Virus record (IMG/VR): IMGVR_UViG_3300028591_000098
Coordinates: 99,396-163,395 of that record
Source: a virus
Lineage: Duplodnaviria > Caudoviricetes
Strand: one strand, 5' to 3'
DNA length: 64,000 nt
This document shows, piece after piece, positions 60,208-64,000 of the stretch; the stretch's first letter is position 1; each line of letters starts with the position of its first letter. Below the pieces are notes generated by a model. It saw only the letters and a list, made by a program, of their open reading frames with translations. It was not told the DNA's origin and made no database searches. The position numbers and the translations under genes were made by a program.

Positions 60208-60486
60208 ATTAACAATATATTTACTAAGTATGGGTTAAGATTGCTTACTGTTTGTAAACCCCAATTGCTTCACGTTTACCCATGCAGACGTATCACTCAT
60301 CACAAGTCTTACACCATACGATTAACCATACGTACTTAGATGTTAATGAGGTATTTATAACTACCTTTAATCATTTATTCCATCGATGCTTTCTCCTTTG
60401 CAAGATTTCCTAAAGTACTAACTCACAAAAGCCAATTTCCAGTACTTAACTTTATTAGTTTCTCATACTTAGTAGTTTGTTTCTTG

Positions 60487-60560
60487 TGGAGCCAGTGAGG
60501 ATCAAACTCACGACCTCAACATTGCAAGTGTTGTGCTCTAGTCAACTAAGCTACGACCCC
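60487..60560 (-). tRNA. tRNA-Ala(UGC)
   Basis: CAACA-CTTGCAA-TGTTG; G3-U70. Confidence 0.9.
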
Positions 60561-60567
60561 ATAAATA

Positions 60568-60709
60568 AATATTCAAAGAACGTTCGATAAAAGTCCATAG
60601 AGTTGGATTCGAACCAACGACCTCCAGTTTTCAACGCTGGTGTTCTACCCCTGAACTACCCTTCCAAAATTGGCGGAAGAAGTAACTCTTATCTACACTA
60701 TTGAAATAT
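60568..60709 (-). ncRNA. Y-RNA-like (YrlA-like) tRNA mimic
   Basis: TGTAG-ATAAGAGT-TACTTC 5' strand pairing with ACTTTTAT-CG 3' strand, enclosing D, anticodon-like and T arms. Confidence 0.55.
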
Positions 60710-60710
60710 G

Positions 60711-60806
60711 CTCCTCTGCGTGGATTCGAACCACCTCTATATATGAACGTTCATAACCAATATAGAGAACCAAGGACTTATTTTTCGGCGCCTTATAAAC
60801 AGAGAA
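60711..60806 (-). ncRNA. tRNA-like RNA lacking a normal anticodon loop
   Basis: TTCTCTG/CAGAGGA acceptor and GTGG-TTCGAAT-CCAC T arm; atypical middle hairpins. Confidence 0.6.
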
Positions 60807-60812
60807 ATAATG

Positions 60813-60893
60813 AGCCGGAAGTCAGATTCGAACTGACGTGTCATACGAGTCGGGTTACAAATCCGATGGAGTCGACCACTGTCCCATTCCGGC
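60813..60893 (-). tRNA. tRNA-Thr(UGU) with enlarged variable region
   Basis: GCCGGAA/TTCCGGC; TCGGA-TTTGTAA-CCCGA. Confidence 0.75.
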
Positions 60894-61111
60894 AAATGTA
60901 AGTTTTGACTGAACTTACAAAACAGACTATGAACGTCTTCATAGATTTTAAATTTGTGATGACAACCTGATATAAATCATCACCGAATTGGTTAAGAGTC
61001 GTTCGGGTTAGGTTGATAGGCTAGTTATTTACCACTGCCTTACTGAGCCTCCCAATTCATTTTACCTATCATTCTACTTCTGTCAGGTACATGCCCTATT
61101 ACGGGACCGAG

Positions 61112-61195
61112 TTGCGGCCTTTGGAATCGAACCAAAACAAGCATTTTCTGTCTCAAGGTTATGAGCCTTGCATCTTACCATTAGACTAGACCGCG
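61112..61195 (-). tRNA. tRNA-Met(CAU), initiator-like, with long variable region
   Basis: C1:A72 mismatch; CAAGG-CTCATAA-CCTTG; 17-nt variable region. Confidence 0.8.
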
Positions 61196-61257
61196 ATATT
61201 TTATTATATATTAATGATAGTATTTTAAATTTTTAAATTCAATACCGTCATTATTTG

Positions 61258-61400
61258 CTACCTCTGAGGGACTCGAACCCCCGACCCACTGCTTAACAGG
61301 CATTAACATTGAAGTAACTCTAACCTACAACATTCTTACGAAGTAACAGCGACTAAAGTGTGTACAATAAAAGCTGCTCTACCAACTGAGCTAAGAGGTA
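61258..61400 (-). tRNA. tRNA-Asn(GUU) interrupted by 70-nt insertion (61302-61371)
   Basis: Removing the insert restores GCTGC-CTGTTAA-GCAGT and a 73-nt cloverleaf. Confidence 0.85.
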
Positions 61401-61405
61401 ATTTG

Positions 61406-61652
61406 TAGCGGCCATGGGAGTCGAACCCATTATCTGTACCTTCCCGGCACCGTGATCATTTCCAAAACAAGTAACTTGGCTCATCACTTTATCCGCGGCT
61501 TGCTTGGCCTCTAAACTTGTTTATTTCTTGATGTTGTTAAATACTTTTTTAAAGATATTTACCCGTCGATAAATAGAGCTCTTATTATAAATATGTAACA
61601 TAAAGTCCGCCGACACATCAAAATAGAAACTTATCCGTTTCACTCGGACACT
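61406..61652 (-). ncRNA. tRNA-like RNA with ~180-nt D-loop expansion and 5-nt anticodon loop
   Basis: AGTGTCC/GGCCGCT, D stem GTGA/TCAC, GTGCC-GGGAA-GGTAC, ATGGG-TTCGACT-CCCAT. Confidence 0.75.
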
Positions 61653-61661
61653 GAAAGTTTG

Positions 61662-61730
61662 TTGGAGTCGAAGATTCGAACTTCACCTCGGACGCGCGAT
61701 CACGTGTGCTTACCGTTACACCAAACTCCG
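61662..61730 (-). ncRNA. tRNA-like RNA with 4-nt anticodon loop
   Basis: Normal acceptor, D and T arms; ACGTG-ATCG-CGCGT. Confidence 0.65.
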
Positions 61731-61747
61731 ATTCTTGCAAGAATTAG

Positions 61748-61818
61748 CGGGAGTAGAGGGAATCGAACCCACACCTGGTGATTAACAGTCACATGCTCGA
61801 CCTTCGAGCTATACTCCC
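61748..61818 (-). tRNA. tRNA-Asn(GUU)
   Basis: TGTGA-CTGTTAA-TCACC; G73. Confidence 0.9.
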
Positions 61819-62021
61819 AATAAAATATCTAACCCACTTAGCCTTCCGTGATATGGTCCACTAAACTATCCTTTGGCCTCGAATGTTTCGCGAGTTGTAC
61901 ACCTCCTAACACCTGTACCACCAACGTAACCGATTTCCTTTGCGTTCACCATAACAAGTAGATGTAACCCTACTACTAGCATTGTACTCTCATCAGTTAC
62001 TCCGTCCTGATTAGATATTAG

Positions 62022-62165
62022 ATGATGGAGTGGGATTCGAACCCACGACCCGTTGCTTAAAAGGCATTAACATTGAAGTAACTCTAACCTACAACATCCA
62101 TAGGAGTAACAGCGACTAAAGTATGAAACAATTAAAACTGCTCTAACCATCTGAGCTATCCATCA
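62022..62165 (-). tRNA. tRNA-Lys(UUU) interrupted by 70-nt insertion (62066-62135)
   Basis: Removing the insert restores GTTGC-CTTTTAA-GCAAC. Confidence 0.85.
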
Positions 62166-62173
62166 AATATATT

Positions 62174-62995
62174 TTATTTATTAATCTTCTTAGATAAATT
62201 AATAAATGTATAATTATCTTCAACTATATCTTGATTCTTAAAATCAAATAATAATTCCGGATTTATTGGTTTTCCACACAAACGAGTTTCAAAATGTAAA
62301 TGTGCACCAGTACTTCGTCCAGTATTTCCAACTAATCCAATAGGTTCTCCCGAAGAAATTGTTTGATTTGGTTTAACTAATTGTTTAGACATATGTCCAT
62401 AATAAGTTTCTAATCCATTATGATGTCTAATTACAACAAAATAACCATATCCTCTTGGATCATTTTTAACAATACGAACTTTTCCGGAAAATGCTGCATA
62501 TATAGTATCACCTTTATGTCCATCAATATCTACTCCTTGATGCATTCGTTTCCATCTTTTACCATACTTGGATGTTATTAATGTTTTTTTAACTGGCATT
62601 GAAAAACCTGTCATATGAACAGTATACTTTTCTGGAATATAACTTGATTTATAATGAGTCATTTCATTATCAAAATTATCATATAAATCAAATCCTGTCA
62701 TATGATATTTTTTCATTTCTATTGTTATAGGTGCAGCTTTTGCTATCAACTTATTATCTTGTGCATATCCAAAAGATAATGTAAAAAATATAAAAATCAT
62801 CAATAATATGTATTTTATATTATTCTGATCATTCTTAAATAAAGAGATTATAGGTTTTAGTGTATTTCCATTCTTTAAATTATCTTCCTTTATGCCTTGA
62901 ATATATGAAATACTAAATATACTCAAAAACATAATCATAAGTATTACTCCCATCATAATAAACAATGAAGCCGTGCTAAATATATTAGCCATCAT
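62174..62995 (-). CDS. M23-family metallopeptidase with N-terminal TM segments
   Basis: HQGVD, YYGHM, TGRSTGAHLHFE. Confidence 0.92.
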   Translation of the reverse strand: MMANIFSTASLFIMMGVILMIMFLSIFSISYIQGIKEDNLKNGNTLKPIISLFKNDQNNIKYILLMIFIFFTLSFGYAQDNKLIAKAAPITIEMKKYHMTGFDLYDNFDNEMTHYKSSYIPEKYTVHMTGFSMPVKKTLITSKYGKRWKRMHQGVDIDGHKGDTIYAAFSGKVRIVKNDPRGYGYFVVIRHHNGLETYYGHMSKQLVKPNQTISSGEPIGLVGNTGRSTGAHLHFETRLCGKPINPELLFDFKNQDIVEDNYTFINLSKKINK

Positions 62996-63121
62996 ATAAA
63001 TTATGCTACGCTGAGAATCTACATAATTTAATGAATATCTCTTCTAAAAAACTACTATATTTAATATTTCTCTTACCGTAGAAATATTAATGTGCTTTAT
63101 TTTTAAATATTTTTGTTATAG

Positions 63122-63201
63122 TTGCGAATTCAGGAGTCGAACCTGATATCTCGTAGGTTATGAGCCTAGAATGATTTATATATCCGTTTCACTCATTCGC
63201 G
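63122..63201 (-). tRNA. tRNA-Met(CAU), initiator-like, with slightly enlarged D loop
   Basis: C1:A72; D loop AACGGATATATAAA; TAGG-CTCATAA-CCTA. Confidence 0.75.
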
Positions 63202-63209
63202 ATATTATT

Positions 63210-63842
63210 CTAATTTTTTATAATAAAATTTTTTATTTGATTAATATAATTTTCTTTATTCTTTGATTTTTTATATTCTGACCATTTAATTCTTATTCCT
63301 TCCCATCCTAATTGTTTTAAATATTCTGTACGTTCAATATCATGTTTAATCATATATGGTAAATTGTGTTGATCTCCATCAATTTCAACATATTTCATTA
63401 AATCTTCATTATAAAAATCTAATTCATATCTACCAACTTGTTTATGATATAGTAAAGGTATATTTTCTTTTTCAAATAATTTTTCAAAGTATTTTTCAGG
63501 ATAACTTTGTTTAGATGAATGATTTAATTTAAATGGAATTTTATCAGGATGTTCTTCTAAATATTTTTTCCTTGATAATGAAATTTTTTGTTTCATCTCT
63601 TCAGGTAATTTTTTTCCTTTCCAAATATTACCTATTTTTTCTTTAGCTTCTTTACTTAATGTAGGAATTGATAATCCTAATTCTTTTGCTTTAATATATT
63701 TATTTGTTGGTTTTCTTATTTTATTATAATCTCCACAAAAATAAGATAATATTCTATTAGGATTTTCTTTACATCTTATTTCATGTTGAGCTAATGAATT
63801 TTTATTTTTACATTCTTTTCCACAATATTTGCAAATAAACAT
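63210..63842 (-). CDS. DUF559/Vsr-like endonuclease with C2H2-like finger and NUMOD3-like segment (homing-endonuclease-like); ends at TAG
   Basis: CKYCGKEC...HEIRC, EEMKQKIS, YELDF...VEIDGDQH...D.ER..L...GW..IRI.W. Confidence 0.75.
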   Translation of the reverse strand: MFICKYCGKECKNKNSLAQHEIRCKENPNRILSYFCGDYNKIRKPTNKYIKAKELGLSIPTLSKEAKEKIGNIWKGKKLPEEMKQKISLSRKKYLEEHPDKIPFKLNHSSKQSYPEKYFEKLFEKENIPLLYHKQVGRYELDFYNEDLMKYVEIDGDQHNLPYMIKHDIERTEYLKQLGWEGIRIKWSEYKKSKNKENYINQIKNFIIKN

Positions 63843-63861
63843 AATATTATTATTAAATTTG

Positions 63862-63935
63862 TACGCCCACTGGGACTCGAACCCAGGACCCCCGCCTTAA
63901 AAGGGCGGTGCATCTACCAACTGAGCTACGGGCGC
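63862..63935 (-). tRNA. tRNA-Lys(UUU)
   Basis: CCGCC-CTTTTAA-GGCGG. Confidence 0.92.
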
Positions 63936-64000
63936 AAATCTCATTAGAATTAATAACACTCATTGGAATTTTACCAAATCTAAGATTTCATCAAAAATTT

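Noticed and set aside
60594-60665. Ordinary tRNA-Phe or tRNA-Ser
   Set aside because: Acceptor stem pairs only ~3 bp and the anticodon loop is irregular; better explained as part of the Y-like RNA.
59701-60901. Plus-strand ORFs 59701..60021 and 60701..60901
   Set aside because: Antisense to tRNA and tRNA-like genes.
61880-62000. Hammerhead ribozyme (CTGATGA...GAAA on minus strand)
   Set aside because: Stem II does not close properly next to GAAA and stems I/III could not be built.
61302-62135. Group I/II or archaeal BHB introns
   Set aside because: 70 nt is too short for self-splicing introns and I could not find a canonical bulge-helix-bulge; splicing is not excluded.

Overview
A 64-kb, very AT-rich segment of a large T4-like (myovirus) phage, most likely a Lak-like megaphage of gut Bacteroidota. 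This is an inference from gene content, lack of Shine-Dalgarno motifs and Bacteroidota-type domains. Plus-strand blocks encode virion and lysis functions: portal, large terminase, gp5/gp53-like baseplate proteins, a collagen fibre, and BspA/LRR5 and C-type-lectin-like adhesins. They are interleaved with minus-strand blocks of small genes and translation-related factors (ribosomal S1-like, RlmN-like, YqeY, SmpB, Pth2-like). The last 5 kb is a minus-strand tRNA/ncRNA array. Three things stand out. (1) One apparent transcription unit (57545-59499) holds an amber-suppressor tRNA(CUA), a 13-codon leader peptide with an internal TAG and an arrest-like RGFP-stop end whose last codons base-pair over the next gene's start region, and a TAG-interrupted Pth2-like gene. 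This is a candidate attenuator that senses amber suppression. (2) tRNA-Asn and tRNA-Lys genes carry the same 70-nt insertion, which resembles a circularly permuted Y-RNA (YrlA) Ro60-binding stem; a third Y-like RNA has another permutation. (3) Two tRNA-shaped RNAs have ~160-180-nt D-loop expansions and 5-nt anticodon loops. All calls come from reading the sequence by eye; no database searches were run.
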